Assembly (NCBI GenBank): GCA_964016885.1
Contig: OZ024743.1
Span: 358,732,001 to 358,796,000, forward strand
Length of the DNA stretch: 64,000 bases
Direction of reading: 5' to 3'
Origin: Eledone cirrhosa
Taxonomy: Eukaryota
Positions 1 through 13,653 of the stretch are shown here, one piece after another. Both the position numbers and the translations under genes were made by a program. The notes below the pieces were generated by a model. It saw only the letters and a program-made list of their open reading frames with translations, searched no databases and was not told the DNA's origin. Position 1 is the first letter of the stretch; each line of letters begins with the position of its first letter.

Positions 1-760
1 ATTCAGGATAAACTCAACAGGTATGGCCGTGCTGGAGTTGCCAGTATTTGACCCTGTCTGAGATGTGCACAGGGTAACAAAACTATCTGGTATGCTCTTG
101 TTCTGCATCTATGCATTGCTGATTTGTGGGTTTATATCAAATAGCTGTTATCACATGTGGGACAGATCTGGCTACCACCATATGAGTCTGTCATGAAGGT
201 CGACCTACTGCCTTCCTTTGGCAAGGAAGACTGGGTAGTCTTCCTCTGTTTGGTGGCTTTAGTGAAGGGAATTGTGTGGTGGGCATGGTTGAAAGGTTTG
301 AGGACTGGGTTTTCTCAGGCCAAACCTTCATCAATGTCTTCAAGTACCACTTGAAGAGAAAAGTGAGGATTGAGAGGGAATTGTTGCTCTCCAGTAAATT
401 TTATGAAGGTTAGTTTAGAGTGGCAAAATTGGTGTAGCTAAATGGTCCCACACTAACTATATTGTAGGCTGGGAGAAGGCCTTTGGTGTGTAAGGGTACT
501 CTGAGGTTGTATGAGCAGTACCTTAAATCCCACAATGTGGTTACTTCCTTTTTGGAGAGCCTTTTGGATTTTATTTTGTTATTCTATACTGTTATTTCCA
601 TTTATTGTTATATATCTATTAATGTGTTCTTTATTGATATTGTTGGTCTTAACCTTTTACTTGATGTAAATCCCCCCACTCTTTCTTATTTGTTGTTTTC
701 TTTTGTATCTTACTTTTGTACTCTCCCCAATATCTTGTGCCCATAAGGCCCAATAAAAGG
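1..760 (+). mobile_element. Degenerate 3' end of a Tx1/L1-like LINE
   Basis: Frame 1 reads IQDKLNRYG...PCLRCAQGNKTIWYALV...IADLWVYI, which aligns with VRDKLYRHG...CPRCTQGDETVLHALV...IADLWVYV of the element at 51354-52241. A T-rich 3' UTR ends in AATAAA near 752. Confidence 0.7.
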
Positions 761-2816
761 AATCTTAGTATTCTCATTTGTCTTATTTTTATTGTGTGCT
801 CTCACTGCATTTCCAAGCACAGTTGTGTCCCTTAGGTATGTGTAATGCTATGTTTTGGCGTTGATTCTGTATGTTGAATATATTTCTAAATCTTAGGATT
901 TTTGTTATGTATTTGGTTGTGCTTCCACCAACAGTGGGCGATGGATCAAGTCTCCCACCCAAGTAGGCCACAAAGGGATTTGAATACAGAATGCAAAAAG
1001 TTAGAACAAATTCTGTAAAGCATCTAGTCCAACACTCTAATAATTCTGTCAGTCTATTACTCTAGACTGGTATTTTATTTTATTGACTCTGAAACCATGA
1101 GTGTGGGCCAGGGTGAAGCTGACTATGTGTGCAGATCTCAGTGGTATTTTCAAATATTTGAATGGCATATGTATACATGTGTATGTGCTCAGACCGGTCA
1201 ACTCTCCCCATCTGCTGAGATCTCCCACCCACTTTGGAGTGGGTGAGAGATGTCTTCTCTTGTGAAAATCCCCCCGAGGTTGACTTTGCCTTTCATCCTT
1301 ACGGGGTCGATAAAATAAAATACCAGTAATGCACTGGGTAATTGCTGGCCTTGTGCCTAAAGTAGAAACAATTATGTAAAATATCCCCAGTTTGCCTTAT
1401 TTTTCCCCGCTTTGAGTCACTTTTTTCCATGGTACTCCTCGTTTGGGGTTTTACAGGTTAGCAGGTCTGGTGTGCTTGTTAGTTTGACAAAGCTTAAAGC
1501 AGCCAGTGATATTTATGTCCTGCAATGTAGCAGTTGATAAAGTTGAGCAGTATATACTATACTTATAAAACAAAATATGGCTTGATGTCAGGAATGACAC
1601 CTGACAATAGAAAAACTGCCCTAAGTTTTATTTAACCTATGCCAGCACGGAAAAGTGAACATTAAAATGATGATGATTCCTTTGTTACAAAATTGTATTA
1701 GAACTTGTTAAATGAAAACAATTTACAAATATTATTTTTAAAACCTTAGGTCCTTGAGAGCAAAATATGCAACCTTCTTTTGATTGTCAGTTATAGCCAT
1801 CACATTTCACTTAACTTGTTAAACCTATAATCTGTAGCTTCATCCCTATTTATGCAATTAATATTGATTAATGATGACCTTGAGAAAAAAAGTATCTGTC
1901 ATACAATATCTCTTCTGTAAATGTCATTTACAGAACAGACAAAAATGTATTCGTACTTACATAAAAATAATCTATATTAAAGATATTTTTTCAAAGTAAA
2001 AAAAAAACAAAGAAATTTAAATGTATCTAAATCAGAAACATTAATTATGTTGAGTTGAATGCTGATAATCTGATTGTTTTATTACTTCTATCTTTGATCC
2101 ACATTTTATATAACATTTGGTGGTTGGTGTTGGAATGGAGGAAGTGTAGGGTTGAGAGGACCCCTTTAGTCCTGCTGAAGTTATAGCAACCTCGCTTGTT
2201 CTGGTGCCATGATAAAATGTATCCAGTATACTTTATAAAGTATTTGTACTGGTGTCATAATGAAATATAGCCAGTACACTCTGTAAAGTTGTTGGCATTA
2301 GGAAGATCAACCAATCAGAGATTATGCCAAAAATGGAATGTACAAGTAGGACGTGGATGAAAGGCAAAGTTGACCACAGCAAGATTTGAAATCAGAACAG
2401 AGAGCCAGAAGAAATATGGTGAGGCATGCTATAACAACTCTGCCAATTTGCCATACATGAGTATATAGGCAGGTTAACAATAATGATGCAACATGCTTTT
2501 ATGTAACCCTCACAGTAAAATAAAACTGGTAGAAACAAACCGAGGTAGTCTGCATGTAATTATTTGTTAGAAAAAGTAGCCAGATCTTCCTCAAATCACA
2601 CTTTACAATATTTAAAAAAATGAAGGACACATTGAGTAATGTAGTCCTAGATACAGTATCTGAAAAAAAAAGAAAGAAGGTTATGGTCACACCTGGAACA
2701 CTGGGGCTAAGCAACATGGCAGGGTGTATGGTGTGGCTCCAGAAAACAAAATAAAACAGAAATTAACTATAGGTGGGCTGCAAAATCTGTAGCCTACTAT
2801 AGCTGGTGTGTATGAA

Positions 2817-3153
2817 TGTAACAAGGAGGCGTGGTTTGTGTGTATAATATTTAATAAACAATTTGTGGATATATATAGAACAGTATAGTTGACATGTCAA
2901 TGAATAGATGAGAGAATGAAACAAAGTTATTAGTTACCGCTTGGATGCCAGGGTTACACACGCCTGAGTGAAGACTCCTGGCGAAGGCCAGGAGGCACTT
3001 GACCGAAAAGGCGAATGAGAGATAGGGAACTTAACGTTATTAGTTTTATAGGGTTCTGACCGGAAGTTACAGAAAGGGTTCTACTTCCTGTCTAGAGAGC
3101 GTTAATCTATTGGGGATGTGAGTGTCACAACAAGGGAGGCAACTCCTGCTACA
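2817..3153. mobile_element. Possible solo LTR
   Basis: TG...CA ends with a short imperfect inverted repeat (TGTAACAAGGAG / CTCCTGCTACA) and an internal 8-bp hairpin CTCCTGGC-GAAG-GCCAGGAG. No matching TSD seen. Confidence 0.35.
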
Positions 3154-5454
3154 CTACCATCAAAAGTTTGATTGGCAGCTTTTTTTGTTATTGGTTGAGG
3201 GAGAGAATAAACAACAACAGTGAAACCAAAATAGTTGATAGAGCCTTGGTCTTAAGACAATTTTCTATAGTGTAATATATCAAAAGATAACTGATTTGAT
3301 TTTGTTATAATTGGTATAATCGTTAGAGCATCAGATAAAATGCCTTGCATTATTCACTCCGTGTTCAAATTCTGCCAAAATTAACTTTGCTTGTCATCTT
3401 TTCATGACCAATCAACAAAATACCAGGCAGTGGATTGACCAAATTGCTATTGTTGGATGAACTTTCTTATGGCATCTGTCTTTGCATTCTGAGATAGTAT
3501 TCCACCTAGGTGCCAATAGCAAGAGCTAATCACCTACAGCATTGATCCCTACTACCCTGTGATGTCTGATTAGAGTTAGGTAAAGTCAACTATCAAGTGA
3601 TATGACAGAAGTGAGATTGTTTTTACTAGGAATCAAAAATGGTTTGTGCATGAGCCAAATTTCAAACCACAAGTCATGTTTTCAATATGATATATTTGAA
3701 AGGAAAGTTGTTCCCTACTTATGCAAATGTGTGTGTGCGCACACATATCTGTATTTATATTAGTGGTTTTAACAAAAAGAGGTTGATAAAATAAGTACCA
3801 AACTTGAAAAAATGAATATTGGGATCAATATGATTAACTAAATCCTTTCAAAGTAGTGACTCAGCCTGGCTGAAAACAGTAAAAGAATTTTGTTGTTGTT
3901 CTGACTTGATGATACGGTAATATTTTTACATATACTACCTGGTCATTACTAACATAAAATATCTTCATTCTCACTTTAGTTTGAAAATAGTTGTAGTAAT
4001 CTTACCATATGGATTTAGTTAACAGGACAACATTGATAATATGAAAGCAGATTATTTATAAGTCTAATCTGTATTGAAATTTTCCAATATATTTCATTTC
4101 TGGCGACGATTTGATATAATAGATGGCTTTAGTTTAGCAGACAGGTCATGTAAGTCTTTACTTTAACTGGTTGATGTAAATCTATTATTAGCTGATTTTC
4201 CAGCATTAAATGATAATCTAGAACAATAAAATAATACAGAAAAAAAAAAAAATGTGATCTTCATTTGAGCCATTAATCTTTTTGTAATATTTCTTATGAA
4301 ATACACTGCCTATGTGTTAAAAAAAAAAATTTGAGTAATTTAGTAAAATAATTCTCCATTAGTATTTGGAACATTACTTTAGGCATAAGACCAGCAATTA
4401 CCCCAGTGCATAACTGGGACTTTAATTTATCGACACAGTAAGGATGAAAGGCAAAGCTAACCTTGGCACGATTTGAACTCAGAACGTAAAGGGCCATAAC
4501 TCTCTGCTGCAAAGCATGGTGTCTGATGCTCCACATTATGTTGGAAAGCTATAAGTAAGAATATATTAAAACGGTCAGTTATATATCATAGAACCAAGGG
4601 CAGTTTTAGGTGGGCTGGTATCAAAAGAATTAAAGAGGTCATTTAGAACATACACTGTTGACTAGGTAAAAAGATACTTTTGTCAAAAAAAGAATAAAGA
4701 TGCCATCATTACAATTTTTTTACATCCACTTTTCCATACTGTCATAGGCAGGATATGATTTTCAAGGCAAAATTCTATAGCTGGATCTCCTTTCTCATTC
4801 TTTTTTAGTAAGGTATCACTGAGCTTTAGCATTTAAACCGTCTGTATCCGGCCAGAATTCTCTCACCTCTTTCTGTTCAAACTGGCTGTAACCGGCTTCT
4901 CATACTGATGTTATGGTATTGTCCTCAAAATAAATAATATCAAAATCTCATAGATTCGATATTATGTGAGATAAAGTGTTTATGATGAAAATACAATAGT
5001 AAATGTAGAGTAATGTAAATGCTAAATGGTTAAACAAATATCACAGCCTGCATTAGCAATGTTAAATACCAAGCAAGATAATCACATACATATAAATGTA
5101 GTTCATCATTATTTTAATGTCTATTTTTCCATCCCTGTTCAGGTTAGATGAGTCCTCTCCAGTAGAGCACCTTTCCATTTGTTTCTTTCCTTTGTCTTTT
5201 GCAGGAATGAAAAATTGAGTTAGATGGGAACTATACTGTTTTCTGTCAAACACTTTCATTCACAAGGCTATTGAAGAGGACATTTGTCTAAGGTGTCATG
5301 TAGTGAGATAGAACTTGAAACCAGATGCTTGCATAGCAAACTTCTTAACCACACAGTCCTATCTGTACCTGACAATATATACATATCTCATCATCATCAT
5401 TTTACATCCACTTTATATATATATATGATAATGATGATGATGATGATGATATAT

Positions 5455-7200
5455 ACTAGAGAAGAAATTCTAAACATGGAAGCAGGGACTAGAAAGAAGG
5501 GGTCTCAAAGACAACCTGACAAAGACTAAAGTCCTTGTAAGTAGATGAGAAAACAGAACCCAGATTCCCTCCCAGGGAAATGGCCTTGCTCAGTATGTAG
5601 GAAAGATGTAGGTAAGATTTCCATTCTCTGTCCCAAATGGGTACACAAGAAATGTAGTGGGATCTCAGGAAGTTTAGTAAAGAATGTAGGCTTTACATGT
5701 AGCAGTTACACCAGGACAGTAAGCAGCAAACAGCCACAGGAAACAAGCACTACCAAACTCTGGGAGGTCTCTGTAGAAACAGTAGACAGCTTCTGCTACC
5801 TTGGTGACCGAATTAGCAGCAGAGGTGGGTGTTCTGAAAGTACAGTAACCAGGGTAAGAATGGGATGGAAGAAGTTCAGGGTGCTACTACCACTGCTAAC
5901 TGTGAAAGGCTTTTGCCTCAAAATGAAAGGTAGACTGTATGATGCGTGCATACGAACACCAATGTTACATAGTAGTGCGACCTGGGCATTGTGTCTAGAA
6001 GACTTGCATAGATTTGAAAGAAACGAATTTTGCATGCTCTGATGGATGTGTAATATGCGAATGGCAAAGGATAAACGAATTGAGAGAGGGACTAAGCATA
6101 AGAGGAATCAAATGCTGTGTGCAGGAGAGGAGGTTGCGTTGGTATGGACATGTGATGCGTATGAAGGATGACAGCTGCATAAAAAGGAGCAGAGCACTAC
6201 AAGTTGATTGAAGCCTTGGAGTGGGGAGACCCAAGAAGACCTGGGAAGAGGTGATAAAAGCTGACCTTGCCTATTTGCCCCTCCCAAAGGCGACGACACA
6301 GGACCGAGACCTCTGACGTTACGCAGTAATACAGAAGACCCGACTTCCCATGGGTACAAGCCGAAGCTGAAGCATATAGACAGTATGCCTCCACTGTAAA
6401 CTGGTCGTGTGGGTGTCATGACAAAAATCACCCAGTCCACATTGTAAAGTGGTCGTGGAGGCGCCACGGCAAAAAAGCACCCAGTACTCACTGTAAATGA
6501 GGTTGGTGTTAGGAAAGGCATCCAAAATCAATTCTGTATGAGCAAGACATGGTCACCTGACCTAGCATTGCCCACAACAGGGCAACTCGTCTAACTCATG
6601 CTAACGTGGAAGAATAGACGTAATATGATGATGATGATGATGATACTTATGAATGGAAAAACATAAATGAACTGACAGAGAAACTGGGTATAAGAGGAGT
6701 CAGATTCAATGTGCAGGAGAGAAGAATGTGCTGGTATGGACATGTGATGTGTATGAAGGATGACAGCTATATAAAAAAGTGTAGGACTCAAGGTTGATGG
6801 AAGCTACAGTGTAGGAAGACTTAGGATGAGAGGATCGAGATATTTGGCGCTAAGCAGTAATACGGAAGACTCGCCTTCCCTTGCGTATGAACTTAAACCT
6901 ACAGTCAGTAGGCACCTCTTAATCCACTAGACACCACACACCACCCTTTCTCTGTAAAGTTATGTTAGTACCACAAAACATCAAGCCCACATTGTAAAGT
7001 GGTTGTGTAGGTATCATGACAAAAAGCACACAGCACACTGTAAATGCAGTTGGCACTAGGAAAGGCATCCAGCTGTAGAAAACCAACCAGAAACGGTCCT
7101 ATACAAGCAGCACATGGTCACCCAACCCAACTTGCCTCAAGTGGGACAAACCTGTCTAACCCATGTTAGCGTGGAAGATAGATGTTAAACGATGATGATG
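5455..7200 (+). mobile_element. RTE-clade LINE 3' fragments (5'-truncated copy ending near 6643, plus an older tail to about 7200)
   Basis: VDSFCYLG...RVRMGWKKFR...KGRLYDACIR...ERRLRWYGHVMRM, then a 3' UTR and (GAT)n tails. Frameshifted. Confidence 0.9.
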
Positions 7201-7204
7201 ACGA

Positions 7205-8995
7205 ATAGAAAAATGTATTCTACAAAAATTATAAAACATTTACAGAATTTCAGTATGTTTTTAACTTTATTTTTTTTAGCATATATGAAGAGTTTGTTAG
7301 GGCTTCCTTCTCTGGAACAATCTTGTGAGAAACAGCCTTCTTCTAGATTGAGACCGACAATCTGCATTGTTTACCTTAGGATTTGTTAATGGTCATTGTG
7401 TAAATGTTTCTCTCTGGGAATTGCAATAATTTGAAATGAAAAGGGATATCTGTTGGTATTAGCAGTATTCTAGTTATAAATACGATGTCTCCCTTACCAT
7501 ATCCAATGAGGATTTTGGCTTTGGTAATGTGAGGCTGTAGCTCAGTCACAATCCTATGCATCCCATTGCACAATCATGGCTGATCCAGGTTTCTGAGAAG
7601 TATGATGACTATGCCCTTTTTCAATTCAAGGTTGTGTGGCAGCATATTGGGTGGTGACAAAATGTTAAGAAATTCAATGGGATAATGGACACCATCGTCC
7701 TTGTCAATAGATTTATAGGTCTTGCTACCTCCATGGACCATTTGTGAAAGATGTTTCTTGATGGCATTCTCTGTGATGTTTTTTTTTTTTTGAGGGGGGT
7801 GGGGGGTGGATTGCTGTTTCACACAGCCACTCCTCATTGGAATGGTGGATTTCGAAATTGGGAAACACTTGATTAATTAAGTTTATGCTTTCCACAACAG
7901 TAGTGAATGATGAAGGATCAAAACATCCTTCAGTGTCAAGGGATTGCTTTTTGATAAATTTAAATGGCTGAGAGAAGCTTATCTGTAACTGCAAGGGTCC
8001 ACCTCCCATCCTACCTGTTATTCTCACTGAAGAAATCCCCAAGGTTCGGAAAAATCCGAGGGTTCCTCCCCTCCCAATTCCGTTTTAGGAAAAGAAGATG
8101 ATTGCAAGCATGTCTGAAGTCAGATTAGTTGAAAATACATAAAAAAACTTAGGAAAAAAATTTCTTCATGATCCCCAGTGAGTGCTTTTCTATAAATTTA
8201 AACAGCTGAGAGGTGCTTATCTGTAACTCCGAGTGTCCCTCTGACTCCCTGCCTGTTTTTGGAAAAAGGAGTCATTGATGAGTAAGTTGGATGTCAGATC
8301 AGTTGAAAGCAAACAAAAAACCTAGAAAAGAAAAAAATTCCCACAGAAGAAATCTCCAAGGTTGGGAAAATTCAAGGGTTAACCTCACATCCACTCTCTA
8401 CTGCTGATATATCAGCTGTGTTGCAAGCTGGACACCTCGTCGGACATATTGTATTTTTGTAGCACAACATGGCAGCATCAGAACCATTGTTGATATATTT
8501 GCACACATACTTTATAGGTTCCCTCCATTCCGTTTTCAGAAAAAAAGGCCATTGCTAGCATGTCAGAGGTTAGATTAGTTGAAAATACATGGAAACACCT
8601 AGGAAAAAAAATTTTCTTCGTGATCGTCAGTAGGTGGTTTTCTATAAATTTAAACAGCTAAGATGTGCCTATCTGTAACTCCAAGGGTCTCTCTCCCTCT
8701 CCACCTCTGCTTTCAGAAAAAGGAGTCATTGGTGAGTCAGATCGGTCAACAAACGAAAACACCTAGAAAAGTTTTTTGTTAGTTAGAGGGAGGGGGAGGT
8801 GGAGTAGTATTTCCCAACCTGTGTGCTAGAAAGAGCAGTAAATTCTCCTCCAACTTGCCTCCCATTCCGTTTTCGGAAAATAAGTCAATAGCGAGTATGT
8901 TGGAGGTCAGATTAGTTGACAACTCACATAAAACCTTAATTATTGTCAATTTTATTTAGTCGGTATTAGCAGTCAATGTGAAAACAAACAAACTT
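7205..8995 (-). mobile_element. Helitron-derived composite (Pif1 C-terminal remnant, Rep motif remnant, diverged tandem repeats)
   Basis: 7205-7920 encodes YPIEFLN...PHNLELKKG..ILLRNL, VFITRILLIP, INKS and VGLNLEEGCFS. 8395-8516 encodes IKYVCKYINNGSDAA. These are interleaved with repeated TATCTGTAACT...GTCAGATTAGTTGAAA units. Confidence 0.75.
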
Positions 8996-9744
8996 CCTAA
9001 AAGAGAGGATGCAGTTTCAATTTAACATTTTTATTCTTCATCAAATGTAACATGTTTCGCAGATGATCAGCTCAAGACATTAATCCATACTGCCCCTGGT
9101 ATATTGATTTGCTCATCAGATGCAAAGATCAGAATCTAAACATTTTCCTCAATATACATCATCATCATTTAATATCCACTTTCCCTTATAGCAAGGGTTG
9201 GATGGGTCTAAATAGACCAAGTCAGTACTGAAGCAGAGCTATTGAACTCACAGATAGGCTGGGGAGGGTATCTGGACCTCACATTCTATTCAAGTGCACA
9301 GGGGAGGTTGTCATGTCTTTGACACAACTAAAGGGTCCTTCCAAGCCTTTGTGGCTGGATGCCCTTCCTAACACCAACCACCTTACAGTGTGTACTGGGT
9401 GTGTTTATCATGTAGATCAGCAACACTAGAGAGGCTGTCATGTCCTTGATACGACTGAAGGGTCTTCCCAACTCTTTGCTTGGCAAACTTTCCACGGCTG
9501 GATGCCTTTCCTATCACCAACCATTTTATAGTGTATACTGGGTGTGTTTATCATGTAGATCACCAATACTATGAGAAAATCGCATTGTGTCATGACTGAA
9601 CGGTTCTCTCAACACCTGTACATGAGATGCAAACAATCCCAGCCTGTCTGGATGGTCAGTAGCCCAGCTTCAATATTGACTTGGTCTATGTAGACCCGTT
9701 CAACCCTTGCTAACAGGGAAAATTAGTGTAATACATAAACAAGT

Positions 9745-10657
9745 ACAAGTACCACCAATCTCTGGGAGGGCTCTGTAGAAAGAGTAGACAGCTTCTGCTA
9801 CCTAGGTGACCGAATTAGCAGCGGAGGTGGGTGCTCAGAAAGTACAATAACTAGGGTAAGTACGGGATGGAAGAAGTTTAGGGAACTACTACCACTGCTA
9901 GCTGCAAAAGGCTTCTCCCTCAGAATGAAAGGCAGACTGTATGATGCGTGTATCCGAACAGCAATGTTGCATGGTAGTGAGACCTGGGCGCTGAAGGTGG
10001 AAGACTTACATAGATTAGAGAGAAACGAAGCCTGCATGCTCCGATGGATGTGTAACAGTAATATATGTGAACGACAAAGCATAAATGAATTGAGAGAGAG
10101 ACTGAGCATAAGAGGAATCAAATGCTGTGTGCAGGAGAGGCGGTTGCGCTGGTATGGACATGTGATGTGTATGAAGGATGACAGCTGCATAAAAAGGTGC
10201 AGAGCACTAGAAGTTGATGGAAACCGCGGAGTGGGGAGACCCAAGATGACCTGGAATGAGGTGATAAAAGCCGACCTTACCCAATTACACCTCTCAAAAG
10301 CAATGACACACGACCGTGACCTCTGGCGTCACGCAGTAATACAGAGTACCCGACCTCCCATGGGTACAAGCTGAAGCATATAGACAATATGCCCCCACAC
10401 CCCCCACCGCAAGGTGGTCGTGGAGGTGCCACGGCAAAAAAGCACCCAGCCCACACTGTAAAGTGGACGTGTAGGCGCCACGAAAAAGCACCCAGCATTC
10501 ACTGTAAATGAGGTTGGTGTTAGGAAGGGCATCCAGCTGTAGAAATCAAGCCAAATCAGTTCCTGTATGAGCAAGGCATGGTCAGCTGATCAGACACTGC
10601 CCACAACAGGACAACCCGTCTAACCTATGCTAGCGTGGAAGAACGGACGTAAAACGG

Positions 10658-10691
<34 letters not shown>
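9745..10691 (+). mobile_element. RTE-clade LINE, 5'-truncated, relatively young
   Basis: ORF 9925-10374 (MLHGSETWAL...RRLRWYGHV...RGVGRPKMTW), 3' UTR and (GAT)n tail. Confidence 0.92.
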
Positions 10692-12679
10692 ATGTGTGTG
10701 TGTGTATTTATATATTAGCAAATATGTACATGTAAAAACAGACATAATTGACAAATACAAGCTTCTGTTTTGTTCAGCCATCCCCTGGAAATACAATTCC
10801 GTATGTTAGGGTCGGATTGTGGTGTTATAACCACCCCCTAAAAATTGTTTTTGGCTACCAGAGAAATATAAGATAACACAATAATAAAGCAACTGAACAA
10901 AAAATAAATTACATGTGAATACTTGTGACTTGTGAAAAGAAGGTATATTTGCAATATATATAGTCTATGAAAATTAAAGGGAGCTGACTGTTGAAGGGCC
11001 CACATGAAGAAGAAAAAAAAAGAGAATATTAATGATTGGGAATGTAGAAGAAGGTCCATGTGGAAGTATATAGGTGATACCAGTGGTCAATGAATAAGAT
11101 CCTGCCTCTGGTCCAAGCATGTTCTCAATGCAATTAAAGAGTCCTCTTCTGAGAAATCACAATAGATGTAAAAGGTTTCAGAAAAAGCTTTAGATAATGT
11201 CAACTCTAAAGGGAATAGTATTAATATTATTTGTACTATTACTGTAAATGCATGTGGCCTAGTAGTTAGGGCATTGGAATAACAAACATATGATCAATGG
11301 TCTGATTCCCTGACTCAATGATTCATTCCATGTTGTTTCAATTAACACAGCTGAAAACAAATACCAGTTGCAGCTAGGGGTTAACTCTGCAATAGACTAT
11401 CATTCCATCCAGGATAAGTGCTAGACTTCGTCCAACCTGTGAAAGCCTGAAGAAACAGATGTATAATTCTAATATTATTAATTGGCAGTATTGGTGGAGG
11501 GTTGGACACCGTACTTTGCAGCATAGTTATGGCCCTTTGTGATCTGAGTTCAAATCCTGCTGAGGTTAACTTTGCCTTTCATCCTTATGGGCTCAATAAT
11601 GCACTGGGATAATTGTTGGCCTTGTGCCAAAAGTAAAAATAATTATTATTCTCATTATTCTGAAATGGCAGAATCATTAGAGCATTCTAAGTTCAAACCT
11701 TGATATGGTCAACTTTGTCTTGCATTCTTGTGGGAGTGAAGAAAATAACAATCAAGTACTTTAGCTGATTTTATTGACTTTACCTTCCCACCAATATTGC
11801 TGGCCTTGTGCCTAAATTAGAGACTATTGTTATCATCATTATCTGGTGCCCTTTGGTCAACTAATATGACTTTGATTGTAACAATCCTGAAAAATAAGCA
11901 CCTAGCCATGCTATAACATTTTGAACTAACCTCATCTTTAGAAAGTATGAATACATACTTCAGTGGCCTATTGGATGTTATTACCCATAAATAAAGGTTG
12001 CTAGTTTGAATCTAGAATGGTATTAAGTACACATCCAGGAATATGACATATGATGGTGATCAGAAAGCAAACCAATTGAAATGTAGTGTAGATATAAATA
12101 TTTAAAAAATCATTCATGCCTGAAGATGTGACTAATAGCTCCTCTGCAAGCTGATATTTAATCAAATACTCTGTGTTATTTGATTTGGCTCTCTGCACTC
12201 ACTGAGGTCAACTTTGACTTAACTTTTCAGGTTCGATAAAATAAAGTATCTGAGTTCAAAATTGCTGTGGCCTACTTGGATGGTAAACTAAATTTGTTGC
12301 CTAGTTTAACACTGCCTAGTCCTTGGGTGTCTTTAATGTAAATCATTTTGTTGCTAGTAATTGGACCAGCTCCCCAGTTTTAGGATATCACCCTTTTCCT
12401 ATCTCACAAATCTCAGCGGCTCTGAAAATGGTCAAAGGCAATGCTCTTCCTTCCCTGACCAAATATAAAAAAACACCAATATAGTTATGCACCTGAATTA
12501 CTTGGGAGTTTAATAAGAGTGAAATACATGCTTCAAAATTTGAATCCTTTGTAATTAATATCATCATGAAAAGTTGTTAAAATGCATAGAAATACAAAGA
12601 AAAATTGAAAAAATTGAAGACAGTTTTTATCAAAGAAAATTGACAAAATTTAATACAATAATATCTAAAAAAATTCAAT

Positions 12680-13115
12680 TTAATAGTCTGATGGCCTATC
12701 TAAGTATGATTTCTTTTTTACAACTTCTTTTTTAGTGAACCTGTTCTCTCTGTAAATCTTCGGTTGAGTTAATGATTGCTTTGTTTTCTTAGACTTATCG
12801 AAGAGAAAACCATCATATGGCACTAAAACATCGCGCCCCTTTAAAAGCCTCTTCCATATAGTTTCAATGCCTCCTTTTGTTAGTATGCGTCTATGAAGAC
12901 TATGCATGTGTACACGTTTCCAGATACTGCCTTTGTACCGGATAACTTTCTTAGAACGCACTGACTGTTGCAGAAGAGTAGAATTTTGGTTATTTTTTGT
13001 TAAAATGGTCTCATGATTTGGATTTATTGCAGCAGATGTGGTGGGAAGAAAGTTTGTACCATTTGTCATAGATGTAGGAAGGTTTTTACACAATGTTGAG
13101 AAATAATTGATGGAC
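12680..13115 (-). CDS. MRPL34: Mitochondrial ribosomal protein bL34m, coding exon 2
   Basis: T-rich tract then CAG acceptor (13118-13116). Encodes VRSKKVIRYKGSIWKRVHMHSLHRRILTKGGIETIWKRLLKGRDVL, matching the L34 pattern Y.PS..KR...HG...R..T..G...L.RR..KGR..L. Spliced CDS is 492 nt, 163 aa. Confidence 0.85.
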
Positions 13116-13467
13116 CTGTCACAGATAAAAATAAAATAAAATATAAATATTAATGAAATATACAACTTGGTTATCAATAATTAATATCAAAGGTGACTTA
13201 AAGGTGAAAATACATAATTATAAAATTGCACATTTGATATTCTAGAATTTAATTTAGTAGCTTGGCTTCAGGTTAAATCATTTGAAAATTCCTATGAATT
13301 TATCTTGAAGATAGATAAAAATAATACAAAATTTCTTTCACTATGACTCTTCTTAAAGACTTAAAGTATTGAGTGTTCTTTGGAAACAAGAGACTTATGC
13401 TTTCACAGCCTAGCATTTATTACTTTCACCAAAACAAATGCCCACATTACATTATTTTTATTGTAAT

Positions 13468-13653
13468 AGGGCGGTGGATTGGCAGTATCGGTAGAGGGTC
13501 GGACGCCATGCTTTCCAGCATAGTTACGTCCCTTTACGATCTGAGTTCAAATCCCGCCGAGGTTGACTTTGCCTTTCATCCTTACGGGGTCGATAAAATA
13601 AAGTACCAGTAATGCACTGGGTAATTGCTGGCTTTGTGCCTAAAGTAGAAACA
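13468..13653 (+). mobile_element. Full-length tRNA-derived SINE with 17-bp TSD
   Basis: A box TGGCAGTATCGG, B box GTTCAAATCC, body GACTTTGCCTTTCATCCTTACGGGGTCGATAAAATAAAGTACCAG. Direct repeat ATTATTTTTATTGTAAT at 13451-13467 and 13654-13670. Related copies near 1265, 4380(-), 11490, 17830-18250, 30560, 34260 and 61240-61625(-). Confidence 0.9.

Noticed and set aside
2960-3015. Hammerhead-like CTGAGTGA...GAAA with an 8-bp hairpin
   Set aside because: The core spacing is wrong and there is no convincing stem III or NUH site.
13116-13177. N-terminal hydrophobic segment of the 165-aa ORF read as a signal or TM peptide
   Set aside because: It is the T-rich intron end upstream of the CAG acceptor. 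The real start is probably the exon at 20269.
13468-13560. tRNA gene
   Set aside because: A and B boxes are present but there is no full cloverleaf. It is the head of a multi-copy SINE with a TSD.
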